From NCBI GenBank assembly GCA_964455985.1, contig CAYWDY010000001.1, positions 6,889-35,432 on the forward strand: a stretch of 28,544 nucleotides of DNA. The letters are read 5' to 3'. The position numbers were made by a program, and so were the translations under genes. This stretch comes from an uncultured Flavobacteriales bacterium. Its GTDB lineage: Bacteria; Bacteroidota; Bacteroidia; AKYH767-A; 2013-40CM-41-45. Of this stretch, positions 1 through 7,284 are shown piece by piece. The first letter of the stretch is position 1, and every line of letters begins with the position of its first letter. The notes under the pieces were generated by a model. That model was not told the origin of the DNA. It did not search any database and was given only the letters and a program-made list of their open reading frames with translations.

Positions 1-393
1 CTCATGAAAAACGATCTCTTTCCGTTCTTGGGAAGAACGACGGCGGGTAACCGATTTGATTCGGGCTATCAGCTCCGACATGTGAAACGGCTTAGTGACG
101 TAATCGTCAGCTCCGATATTCAGTCCTAAAAGCCTGTCATCTAAAGAATTACGGGCGGATATAATGACGATTCCTGTCGTGTGTTCCTTTTGTTGCATCT
201 CCTCAATGACCCGAAATCCGCTGCCGTCGGGGAGCCCGATATCCAACAAAATGCAGTCGAATTCCTTCTCTTGAATCGCCGCCAAGGCCTGACTGACATT
301 CTCTGCGGATGTGCAGGTTATTCCAATACCGGAAAGATATTGCTGAATGGAATTGAGCAATTCCTGCTCATCCTCTACGATCAGTACATTCAT
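1..393 (-). CDS. OmpR/PhoB-family response regulator, N-terminal receiver domain (partial, runs off the left edge)
   Basis: Not in the ORF track. Manual translation from ATG at 393 gives MNVLIVEDEQELL...CILLDIGLPDGSGF...IIISARNSLDDRLLGLNIGADDYVTKPFHMSELIARIKSVTRR. It has the acidic pocket, the phosphoacceptor Asp, the S/T-A switch, the GADDY..KPF motif and the ELIARIK..RR linker typical of the OmpR family. The frame is open to position 1. Confidence 0.93.
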   Translation of the reverse strand, partial: MNVLIVEDEQELLNSIQQYLSGIGITCTSAENVSQALAAIQEKEFDCILLDIGLPDGSGFRVIEEMQQKEHTTGIVIISARNSLDDRLLGLNIGADDYVTKPFHMSELIARIKSVTRRRSSQERKEIVFHE

Positions 394-475
394 GGGGCCA
401 ACTTTACACGATAAAAGTCAATGATTCATCGAAAATAGACAATCCTTGAGAATAAGTCCTCGCCATTTTGAATGA

Positions 476-496
476 GTTCATCGCCGGTTCAGAATT
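476..496 (+). promoter_or_regulatory. Direct-repeat box 1, putative response-regulator binding site
   Basis: GTTCATCGCCGGTTCAGAATT, with GTTCA half-sites at 476 and 487 (11-bp period). It matches box 2 at 18/21 positions. Confidence 0.6.
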
Positions 497-540
497 GTAA
501 CGTCTACGTAGTTGGAGGAGCCTATCATGATAGTAGTCAG

Positions 541-561
541 GTTCATCGCTCCTTCAGAATT
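541..561 (+). promoter_or_regulatory. Direct-repeat box 2, putative response-regulator binding site
   Basis: GTTCATCGCTCCTTCAGAATT, with half-sites at 541 and 552. It ends 17 nt upstream of a -7-like TACATTCG (579-586) that has no clear -33 TTTG. Confidence 0.6.
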
Positions 562-622
562 ACTCGGAATAAATGAGATACATTCGCATTCCTAGAAAAC
601 CATATTATCCTATTTCCCAATC

Positions 623-1468
623 ATGAAAAAACAACTACTTGTTTCCGTATTAGCTGCAGGCCTTTTCGTAGGTCTCACAAGCGAAATCCTGAGCGATAAC
701 GGTAAAGCCGGCGCCACCGGTTCTCCCGGTGAGGTCGATTGCACCGATTGCCACAACTCCTACGCCTTGAACAGCGGCGGAGGCAGTATTGCACTGAATA
801 CCGGAACCACGAACAACCAATACACTCCCGGTGTAACCTATCAGATGACGTTCACCGTCAGCTTTTCCGGAAGAAACCTCTTTGGATTGGGCGTAGAAGC
901 CCTGAACAGCTCGAATAACAACGCTGGAACTTTTGTCATCACGGACGCTGCTTCCACCCGTACCAAAACAGCACTCATCGGAACCGTATCGCGCATCAGC
1001 GTGGTCCATCAGTTCAACGGCGGTGCGAGTGCAAACTCCAAGGTGTTTTCCTTCAGCTGGACCGCACCGGCAGCCGGAACGGGTAATGTCACTTTTTACT
1101 ACTGCGGTCTAGCCGCGAATGCTAACGGCAGCGAAAGCGGAGATTACGTGTACCGTGGTAGCACCGTGCTGACGGAGATGAATACTTCTGGCGTCGAGGA
1201 GGCATACAGCAACATCGACTTCTCCGTATTCCCTACACTCATTCAAGACCAAGCCACCATTCGCGTGACTCAGGTAACATCCGGTCCAATGTCCGTTCAA
1301 CTCTTCGATTTGACCGGCCGCCAGGTTCGTTCTGAATCGTTAGACGTGATCGCTGGAGACAGCCGTGAAATCCGCTGGGAAGGCCTTTCATCCCTGAGCA
1401 AAGGAACTTATCTGGTTAATATCCTCAACGGAAACGCCACGGAAGTCAAGCGCATCGTCATCCAATAA
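623..1468 (+). CDS. Secreted Reeler-like (choice-of-anchor V type) protein with a CxxCH heme-c motif and a T9SS type A C-terminal domain
   Basis: N-terminal signal-like segment; GATGSPGE-x-DCTDCH; Reeler-like beta-sandwich (YTPGVTY, GLGVEAL, FSWTAP.AGTGNVTFY..GLAAN.NG..SGD); C-terminal VFPT...VQLFDLTGRQV...LSKGTYLVNI...KRIVIQ. Confidence 0.85.
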   Translation: MKKQLLVSVLAAGLFVGLTSEILSDNGKAGATGSPGEVDCTDCHNSYALNSGGGSIALNTGTTNNQYTPGVTYQMTFTVSFSGRNLFGLGVEALNSSNNNAGTFVITDAASTRTKTALIGTVSRISVVHQFNGGASANSKVFSFSWTAPAAGTGNVTFYYCGLAANANGSESGDYVYRGSTVLTEMNTSGVEEAYSNIDFSVFPTLIQDQATIRVTQVTSGPMSVQLFDLTGRQVRSESLDVIAGDSREIRWEGLSSLSKGTYLVNILNGNATEVKRIVIQ

Positions 1469-1485
1469 TCGAAAAACACTCAACG

Positions 1486-1509
1486 AGCGACCTCCGGGTC
1501 GCTTTTTTT
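1486..1509 (+). terminator. Rho-independent terminator inside the operon
   Basis: AGCGACC-TCCG-GGTCGCT stem-loop followed by a T run that ends at 1509, immediately before the ATG at 1510. Confidence 0.75.
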
Positions 1510-1869
1510 ATGGCCATGAAATCGTCACTTTTCTCTCTGCTGATTGCATCTCTCGTATTCGTCGGATGCCATACGGATCCTGATTTGTCGGCGGTTCCTG
1601 AAGTCAGTTTCTCCAACGACATCCAGCTGATCCTGGGATCCAATTGCACCATGAGCGGCTGTCACGATGATGGCCAAAGCCATAGTGGCGGTGATGATGA
1701 CGAAGATGAGGCTCGTTCCCTGACCACGTATGACGATGTGATGGACTACGGCGACATCGTGGCTGGAAACTCCCGTCGGAGCAAATTATACCGTTGCATC
1801 ACGAACCGGGATCAACTGATGCCACCATCGGGCCCGATGGCTACCAAAGACATCCACTTACTCCCATGA
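1510..1869 (+). CDS. Lipoprotein cytochrome c-like protein (Planctomycete cytochrome C-like domain, CX4CH), apparently C-terminally short
   Basis: Lipobox LVFVG-C; VSFSNDIQLILGSNCTMSGCH; LTTYDDVM; G.IVAGNS..SKLY; distal MPP Met ligand motif; no final W..QG helix. Confidence 0.72.
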   Translation: MAMKSSLFSLLIASLVFVGCHTDPDLSAVPEVSFSNDIQLILGSNCTMSGCHDDGQSHSGGDDDEDEARSLTTYDDVMDYGDIVAGNSRRSKLYRCITNRDQLMPPSGPMATKDIHLLP

Positions 1870-2309
1870 AAAAAATACTCTTCTTCGCTTCGCTGCTGTC
1901 GATTTTTGCGATAAGCGGTTGCTACGACGACAATATTGAAGAGCTGAATGCCGGCAACGGAATCCAAGCCGGATGCGACACCCTCGACAGTTCCGGAACA
2001 GCAGCCCGAACAATCCTGTTCTCCGGTGATGTGCTTCCGATTTTCAATTCAACGTGCGGAACAAACAATGCCGCCTGTCACGATGCCACCAACGCCATTG
2101 ATTTGGGAGGTAACGGCAGTCTTGCAGACTATACGGAATCCATCGCCACGATCGATGACCGTGGCGAACTCGATTTCATGCAACGAATCACCCACGATCC
2201 GGCTATCGCCAGTTCCAAATGGATGCCCAAAGGAGTGTCTACCAAAATGGGAGACTGTGATATCGCCAAAATCAGACTTTGGTTTGAACAAGGAAGACCA
2301 AACAACTAA
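1866..2309 (+). CDS. Lipoprotein cytochrome c-like protein (CX6CH)
   Basis: Start revised from 1794 to ATG 1866, which overlaps the upstream TGA (ATGA) and gives MKKILFF...ISG-C lipobox. Contains FSGDVLPIFNSTCGTNNAACH, the MPK Met motif and the terminal IAKIRLWFEQGRPNN helix. Confidence 0.8.
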   Translation: MKKILFFASLLSIFAISGCYDDNIEELNAGNGIQAGCDTLDSSGTAARTILFSGDVLPIFNSTCGTNNAACHDATNAIDLGGNGSLADYTESIATIDDRGELDFMQRITHDPAIASSKWMPKGVSTKMGDCDIAKIRLWFEQGRPNN

Positions 2310-2314
2310 TTGTT

Positions 2315-3214
2315 ATGAAGCTCAGAATACTATATCTCCTGCTCCTGTGCACCAGCACCGTGTTCGCCCAGGATCTCCTCAGTGGCCTCGAAACCGGTAA
2401 TGAAACCAAAGATTTTTCCCGTGCGACCTTCAAGTCCACACGACTGATCAACTTCCAAACCATTGAGGTGGTTGGCCCGAAGACGTTAGACTTCCGTATC
2501 TCCCACCGTTTCGGAACCTTGAATCAAGGAGCCTATGATGCTTGGGGTATTGATGGTCCAGCAAACATTCGTCTCGGACTCGACTACAGTTACGAGGGCC
2601 GCTTTATGTTCGGTTTCGGCCGTAGTTCGTTGGACAAAATGGTTGATGGCTATCTGAAGTACCGTTTACTCCGTCAGACTACGGACAACAGCATGCCACT
2701 CAGTGTCACCTTATTCACGAGCGCCTATCGTAACGGCCTCCGCGCGGGAGCCGGCTTCGATAAAAACGCTCCGGACTACGACCGCTATTCATATGTAAAT
2801 CAAATCATCATCGGCCGAAAATTCAGTCCGTCGTTTTCCTTCCAGCTAGCGCCATTCATGGTGCATTATAACCTGGTCGACAAAATCACCGACAAGAACG
2901 ACGTGTACGGCGTAGCCTTCGCCACCCGATTGAAATTCACCAAACGTAGTGCTGTCACTGTGGAGTATGCCTGGCGTTACGATAACGATTATTCGACCGA
3001 CGTCACGTACTATAACAGCTTCAGTATCGGCTATGAATTGGAAACCGGAGGACACGTCTTCCAGGTTCATCTGACCAACTCATTCGGTATCGCCGACAAC
3101 CAGTTTCTCGCCCGCACCACGGACAGCTGGAGCAACAATGGCATACACCTCGGCTTCAACATTTGCCGCTTCTTTACCATACCTGCAGGCGGCGGAGAGA
3201 AATCCGGTTGGTAA
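2315..3214 (+). CDS. DUF5777-family outer-membrane beta-barrel protein
   Basis: Sec signal (TVFA-Q); family-type motifs FKSTRLIN, LDFRISHRFG, GIDGPANIRLGLDY, ETGGHVFQVHLTNS; alternating aromatic/hydrophobic beta-strands. Confidence 0.82.
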   Translation: MKLRILYLLLLCTSTVFAQDLLSGLETGNETKDFSRATFKSTRLINFQTIEVVGPKTLDFRISHRFGTLNQGAYDAWGIDGPANIRLGLDYSYEGRFMFGFGRSSLDKMVDGYLKYRLLRQTTDNSMPLSVTLFTSAYRNGLRAGAGFDKNAPDYDRYSYVNQIIIGRKFSPSFSFQLAPFMVHYNLVDKITDKNDVYGVAFATRLKFTKRSAVTVEYAWRYDNDYSTDVTYYNSFSIGYELETGGHVFQVHLTNSFGIADNQFLARTTDSWSNNGIHLGFNICRFFTIPAGGGEKSGW

Positions 3215-3234
3215 ATACTACGATATATCGCTAT

Positions 3235-3270
3235 AACAAAAGCCGCCCTTTTAGAGGCGGCTTTTTTGTT
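3235..3270. terminator. Bidirectional rho-independent terminator
   Basis: AACAAA-AGCCGCC-(8 nt)-GGCGGCT-TTTTTGTT between the convergent DUF5777 and ACMSD genes, with T tracts on both strands. Confidence 0.85.
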
Positions 3271-3333
3271 GGACTTTATTCCGAATGACTAACGGCGACC
3301 GTGCACTAAAATCAGAGGCGGTAAATCAGCCGA

Positions 3334-4347
3334 TCAGCTACGATGGAATCGCCCAGCATCCAATCCGAGCCATTCCAAGGCAGTTCCTGACAGCAACCGT
3401 TCTTTAAGTACATCGTCATAGGGCATTTCTTTAATCAACTTGCCCGGTGATAATTCGCCTAATGGAAAAGGATAATCCGTGCCAAGCGCGATGCGTTCTG
3501 GCCCCATGAACTTCACGAGGTAATCCAACATCACCGGATCATGAACCAAGGAGTCGAGATAGAATTGCTTCAGGTACTTGCGCGGATTTTCCGGGTTGTC
3601 CACGGCCACCAGGTCGGGACGGACATGAAATCCATGTTCGATACGACCGAAGGTAGCCGGAAAGGATCCACCGCCGTGGGCAAAGGCGACGCGCAGCGAA
3701 GGCAGACGCTCGAATATTCCACCAAAAATCATGGAGCAAATCGCCAGAGAGGTTTCAGCAGGCATACCCACTAACCAAGGCAACCAATACTTATTCATCT
3801 TCTCTTTCCCCATCATATCCCAGGGATGTACAAAGATGGCGGCCCCCAACTCAGCAGCGGCTTCAAAGAAGGGGAACAGAGCCGGCTCATTCAGGTTCCA
3901 ATCGTTCACATGGGAACCGATTTGTACACCACGCAAGCCGATCTTCATGCATCGCTCCAACTCCCGGATGGCCAAGGCTGGATCCTGAAGCGGAACTGTT
4001 CCCAACCCGACAAAGCGGTTCGGATAACGATCGACGATTCCAGCGATATGGTCATTCAGATAAACGGCTACTTCCAACGCATCCTTCGCATTTGCCCAAT
4101 AGCTGAACATGACCGGTATGGTGGAAAGCACTTGAACATGCACACCGTGATGATCGCATTCCTTTTGCCGGGTATCGGCATCCCAGCAGTTGTCCTGTAT
4201 CTCACGGAAGAATTTTCCATCAATCATCATGCGCGCACAACAAGGCTTGTGATGATCTAAAGAAACAAACCCTCCGTAGCCGAATTTTGACTTGAAGTCA
4301 GGCAGTTTCTCCGGAAGGATGTGCGTATGGATATCAATTACCAGCAT
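3334..4347 (-). CDS. nbaD: 2-amino-3-carboxymuconate-6-semialdehyde decarboxylase (ACMSD, amidohydrolase_2 family)
   Basis: Start revised to ATG 4347 ([12 protein letters not shown]). HxH metal motif, [26 protein letters not shown]...GRIEHG and GTDYPF; same operon as 3-HAO. Confidence 0.92.
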   Translation of the reverse strand: MLVIDIHTHILPEKLPDFKSKFGYGGFVSLDHHKPCCARMMIDGKFFREIQDNCWDADTRQKECDHHGVHVQVLSTIPVMFSYWANAKDALEVAVYLNDHIAGIVDRYPNRFVGLGTVPLQDPALAIRELERCMKIGLRGVQIGSHVNDWNLNEPALFPFFEAAAELGAAIFVHPWDMMGKEKMNKYWLPWLVGMPAETSLAICSMIFGGIFERLPSLRVAFAHGGGSFPATFGRIEHGFHVRPDLVAVDNPENPRKYLKQFYLDSLVHDPVMLDYLVKFMGPERIALGTDYPFPLGELSPGKLIKEMPYDDVLKERLLSGTALEWLGLDAGRFHRS

Positions 4348-6349
4348 TGTAGCGTTTGATCTTTTTGACTTCTTCCGCTTTGGCGAAATACGTCTGTGCG
4401 GTCGATTCATCGCCCAAGTTGCGGTAGGTCATTCCCATGAGGTAATAGGGCATGGAATAATCCGGATCCTCTTTAATGGAACGCTGAAAGTAGGAGATGG
4501 CTGTTTCGAAATTCATTTTGGCATTCAACAAGTGCCTGTCCCGGTTAGCAGGGTCCTCTGTAGCGGCCCTGCGCTCCGACTCTCCCAGAACTCCGTAAAC
4601 ACTGGCCAGGTTGTTGAATGCATGGGCGTAACGCGGATTGTAACGTACCGCCGTCTCGAAATGCTGACGCGCTTCATCAAAGCGGTTTCTGTCGAAGAGC
4701 AGGGTACCGTAATTGTTATTCGCCACAGCGTCCGAAGCATTGAGCGAAAGAGCTTTTTTAAAATCCGGCTCAGCCGCTTCATAATCCTTCATGGAAAACA
4801 GAATGAAGGCACGACGCTGGAAGGCTTCCGAATAGTCTGGGTAAATCTGAATGGCCGTATCCAGTTGGGCGATGGCTTCCAATCGGTACTGGCGGGCAGT
4901 CAGGGAGTCTTTCGCCTCCGCGATATACTCTTCGGAGGAAATATGATTCGCCAGGTAAAAACGCATGTGAGCGCTTTGCGGCACCTTGCGGATATCGGAT
5001 GTGTACAGTGTGTAATTGTCTTTCCAGTCGGGATTGCGGTTGATAGCCACAGCCGCATATCCTACCGACAACAAAGCGACTATCAACAATGGACGTGCAT
5101 AAGGACGCAGGTAGGCTGACAGGCTTTCCGCCGGATCGGAAGATTCTTCTTTGACCAACAGGCGGTGCACCAGTACCGCCATGGCAATACACCAGCCCAT
5201 GGAAGGTGCGAATAATAGTCGTTCAGCATAACACGTACCGATCATGATCACCACATTCGATACGATGGAAATGGTCAGAAAGAAATACAGGATGGTGAAT
5301 ACCAGCGGATCCTTCGAACGGAATCGTAGGACGGTAAAAATGGCCAGTCCAAGAAATGCAGCCATGGACAATAAAAAGTGCCAGTCACCGACAGGATAAG
5401 GAGGAATGCTGTTGAAGGATCCATCCGAAACCAGCGGATAGGGAACGAAGAGTTTAAAGACGTACGTACCCAGGATGGCGATGGCCGTAGTGCGTTGGGT
5501 CAGGAAATCCGGCAGGGCTGAAATCGGGTTATCTAGCATAGGAATGGCGGACTGCACCGTTCCCAAAATGTTATGTCTGATCATCAAAAACAACAGCGAT
5601 GGAAGCGTCGCCGCCAATACTACCGGCCAGGATTCACGCCAGGATGACTGTCGGAAAAAATAAAGGGTCAATGGTAATACAGCAATCCAGGTGATCGATG
5701 ACTCTTTGGCCAGCATGGCCAGAAAGAACATCGCAGAAAGGGTCACCAAATGAAGCGATCGTTTCTCCTCGATGTACCGGATCGATAGTCGGCAACTAAG
5801 GAGCAAGAAAAGCAACGAGAGTATTTCGTCACGACTTTTGATGTTGGCCACTACTTCCGTATGCAGAGGGTGCACGGCAAACAGCAAAACGGCAATCAGC
5901 GGAACCAGTTTGTTGCCTTTGAATAGGATTGACAAGACTCCGAACATGACCCAGCATAACAACCCATACAAAATGACATTGGTGGCATGTCCAAGTCCGG
6001 GTTGATTGGGCGCTATAGCCCACTCAACGGCAAAGGTGGCTTTCGAAAGCGGTCGGTAAATGCTGTTATCGGCAGCATCCATTCCTGCGCGGTAACTGGT
6101 CTTGAAGATCTCTCCTACCCCGTCGAATCCCTTTCGGGTTATTTTGTTTTCCGGAATAAGCCCCCAATCATCCAGCACGTATTCATAGCCGATGGTGTTC
6201 GCATAGACGAGCATGCCTACCACAGCTACGGCAAAGCCGAGCCATCGGCGGATCTTTCGTTCGGCAGATACGGCGCGCGACTGATTTTTAGCAGAAGGGA
6301 TACTGGCCCGCTGGGCCTGCTTTTCCCTTTTCGTGAGTTTCTTATTCAC
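4334..6349 (-). CDS. TMTC-like GT-C glycosyltransferase (multi-pass membrane domain plus C-terminal TPRs)
   Basis: YVLDD acidic loop after TM1; YRPL; [19 protein letters not shown]; LAKES; [10 protein letters not shown]; RNPDW..N.TLY; then TPR repeats ([39 protein letters not shown]). These are TMTC1-4-family signatures. Confidence 0.8.
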   Translation of the reverse strand: MNKKLTKREKQAQRASIPSAKNQSRAVSAERKIRRWLGFAVAVVGMLVYANTIGYEYVLDDWGLIPENKITRKGFDGVGEIFKTSYRAGMDAADNSIYRPLSKATFAVEWAIAPNQPGLGHATNVILYGLLCWVMFGVLSILFKGNKLVPLIAVLLFAVHPLHTEVVANIKSRDEILSLLFLLLSCRLSIRYIEEKRSLHLVTLSAMFFLAMLAKESSITWIAVLPLTLYFFRQSSWRESWPVVLAATLPSLLFLMIRHNILGTVQSAIPMLDNPISALPDFLTQRTTAIAILGTYVFKLFVPYPLVSDGSFNSIPPYPVGDWHFLLSMAAFLGLAIFTVLRFRSKDPLVFTILYFFLTISIVSNVVIMIGTCYAERLLFAPSMGWCIAMAVLVHRLLVKEESSDPAESLSAYLRPYARPLLIVALLSVGYAAVAINRNPDWKDNYTLYTSDIRKVPQSAHMRFYLANHISSEEYIAEAKDSLTARQYRLEAIAQLDTAIQIYPDYSEAFQRRAFILFSMKDYEAAEPDFKKALSLNASDAVANNNYGTLLFDRNRFDEARQHFETAVRYNPRYAHAFNNLASVYGVLGESERRAATEDPANRDRHLLNAKMNFETAISYFQRSIKEDPDYSMPYYLMGMTYRNLGDESTAQTYFAKAEEVKKIKRYNAGN

Positions 6350-6365
6350 TCCGGGATGATTTGAA

Positions 6366-6893
6366 TCACGACAGTTTTTTCGGAGGCTCCATCACATGAC
6401 CGCATTGCTTGCAGGTACGGAGTTCCTTGTTTTCGTAAAAAGCGTTCGTAGCCTCAGCTAATTGGACTACGATATTATCCAAGTCGAAGTATTGCTCATG
6501 CAACATCGAATGACATTGTTCACAAAACCACATCAAGCCGTCTTTCATGCCCGGACGACGTTGGACTTCCATGACCAGCCCGATGGTATTCGGACCACGC
6601 TGCGGCGAATGAGGAACCTTTCCCGGAAGCAAGAATATCTCGCCTTCCTTGATGGGAATATCGACCATCTTGCCGTCTTCGATGATCTTCACCACGATAT
6701 CTCCTTCCAACTGGTAGTAGAACTCTTCCGTCTCGTTAAAATGATAGTCTTTCCGAGAATTCGGTCCACCGACCACCATGACGATGAAATCCTGATCCGG
6801 CTGATAGACGACTTGGTTGCCGATGGGAGGTTTTAAGAGATGACGGTTCTCGTCGATCCACTTCTTAAAGGAGAATGCGCGTTGAATGGACAT
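6366..6893 (-). CDS. nbaC: 3-hydroxyanthranilate 3,4-dioxygenase
   Basis: VGGPNSRKDYH, EEFYYQLEG and PHSPQR cupin Fe(II) ligands; rubredoxin-like CEQC...CKQC second iron site. Confidence 0.96.
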   Translation of the reverse strand: MSIQRAFSFKKWIDENRHLLKPPIGNQVVYQPDQDFIVMVVGGPNSRKDYHFNETEEFYYQLEGDIVVKIIEDGKMVDIPIKEGEIFLLPGKVPHSPQRGPNTIGLVMEVQRRPGMKDGLMWFCEQCHSMLHEQYFDLDNIVVQLAEATNAFYENKELRTCKQCGHVMEPPKKLS

Positions 6894-6899
6894 AGTGGT

Positions 6900-7193
6900 T
6901 TATGATTTATGGCCGTGCCAGATTTCATTGAATCGTTCCTTCATTTCCTGAGCGAATCCTTCCGCCTTTTGACCGGCCTGTCGAGCACGCTCTTCCATCT
7001 TGTCTCTCCATGCGGTCACCTTGGCTTTGGTCGCATCACCGAATTCTCCTCCCTCGGCCATCTTCTCGATTTCCGGGTGAAGGGCGGTGGGAAATTTCGC
7101 TTTCATCCATTCCAGCGTGACGCGGGCCGCTTGCTCCGCCTGTTCCTTGTTCAGGCCGGCGGAACGCTCATAGAGTTCTGTCAAATTCTGCAT
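6900..7193 (-). CDS. Small all-helical hypothetical protein
   Basis: 97-aa ORF located between a good promoter and nbaC (6-nt gap). AGLNKEQAEQAARVTLEWMKAKFP resembles small Bacteroidota helical proteins; charged coiled C-terminus. Confidence 0.75.
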   Translation of the reverse strand: MQNLTELYERSAGLNKEQAEQAARVTLEWMKAKFPTALHPEIEKMAEGGEFGDATKAKVTAWRDKMEERARQAGQKAEGFAQEMKERFNEIWHGHKS

Positions 7194-7201
7194 GGAATTG
7201 C

Positions 7202-7209
7202 TAGCTTTG
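7202..7209 (+). promoter_or_regulatory. Bacteroidota sigma-70 -7 element for the SDR gene
   Basis: Exact TAnnTTTG match (TAGCTTTG), with a near -33 TCTG ending at 7180 (21-nt spacer). Confidence 0.55.
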
Positions 7210-7248
7210 TTCGGAATGAGGGGCCACGAGGTACACCCCGTAACCCTT

Positions 7249-7279
7249 CAAAGTTAACGAAATCACTCCGATACTTCAA
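7249..7279 (-). promoter_or_regulatory. Bacteroidota sigma-70 promoter for the hyp-nbaC-TMTC-ACMSD operon
   Basis: The minus strand reads TTG-N20-TAACTTTG, matching the -33/-7 consensus. Confidence 0.7.
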
Positions 7280-7284
7280 TCACG

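Noticed and set aside
181-414. 77-aa plus-strand ORF
   Set aside because: Antisense to the response-regulator gene, which has far stronger motif support.
476-561. Mini CRISPR array or IS ends
   Set aside because: Only two imperfect 21-bp copies, no cas genes, no transposase or inverted repeats.
1840-1880. Programmed frameshift or phase variation at the A7 run joining the two cytochromes
   Set aside because: The A run is simply the ATG-AAA-AAA (MKK) start of a lipoprotein with its own signal peptide, and no frame restores the missing helix.
1948-2400. 150-aa Pro-rich alternative-frame ORF
   Set aside because: Overlaps two well-supported genes on the same strand; its composition is typical of an off-frame read.
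3221-3230. Perfect palindrome CGATATATCG
   Set aside because: A single 10-bp palindrome in a 3' region is expected by chance in a window this size.
4292-5119. 275-aa plus-strand ORF
   Set aside because: Antisense shadow of the TMTC/ACMSD genes, with no recognisable motifs.
4334-6349. Tryptophan C-mannosyltransferase explaining the link to Trp metabolism
   Set aside because: C-mannosylation is done by the DPY19 family; the motifs and TPR tail here are TMTC-like, so this link has no sequence support.
6510-6524. CEQCH matches the CxxCH heme motif in 3-HAO
   Set aside because: The protein is cytoplasmic with no signal peptide; these Cys pair with CKQC in the known rubredoxin-like Fe site.
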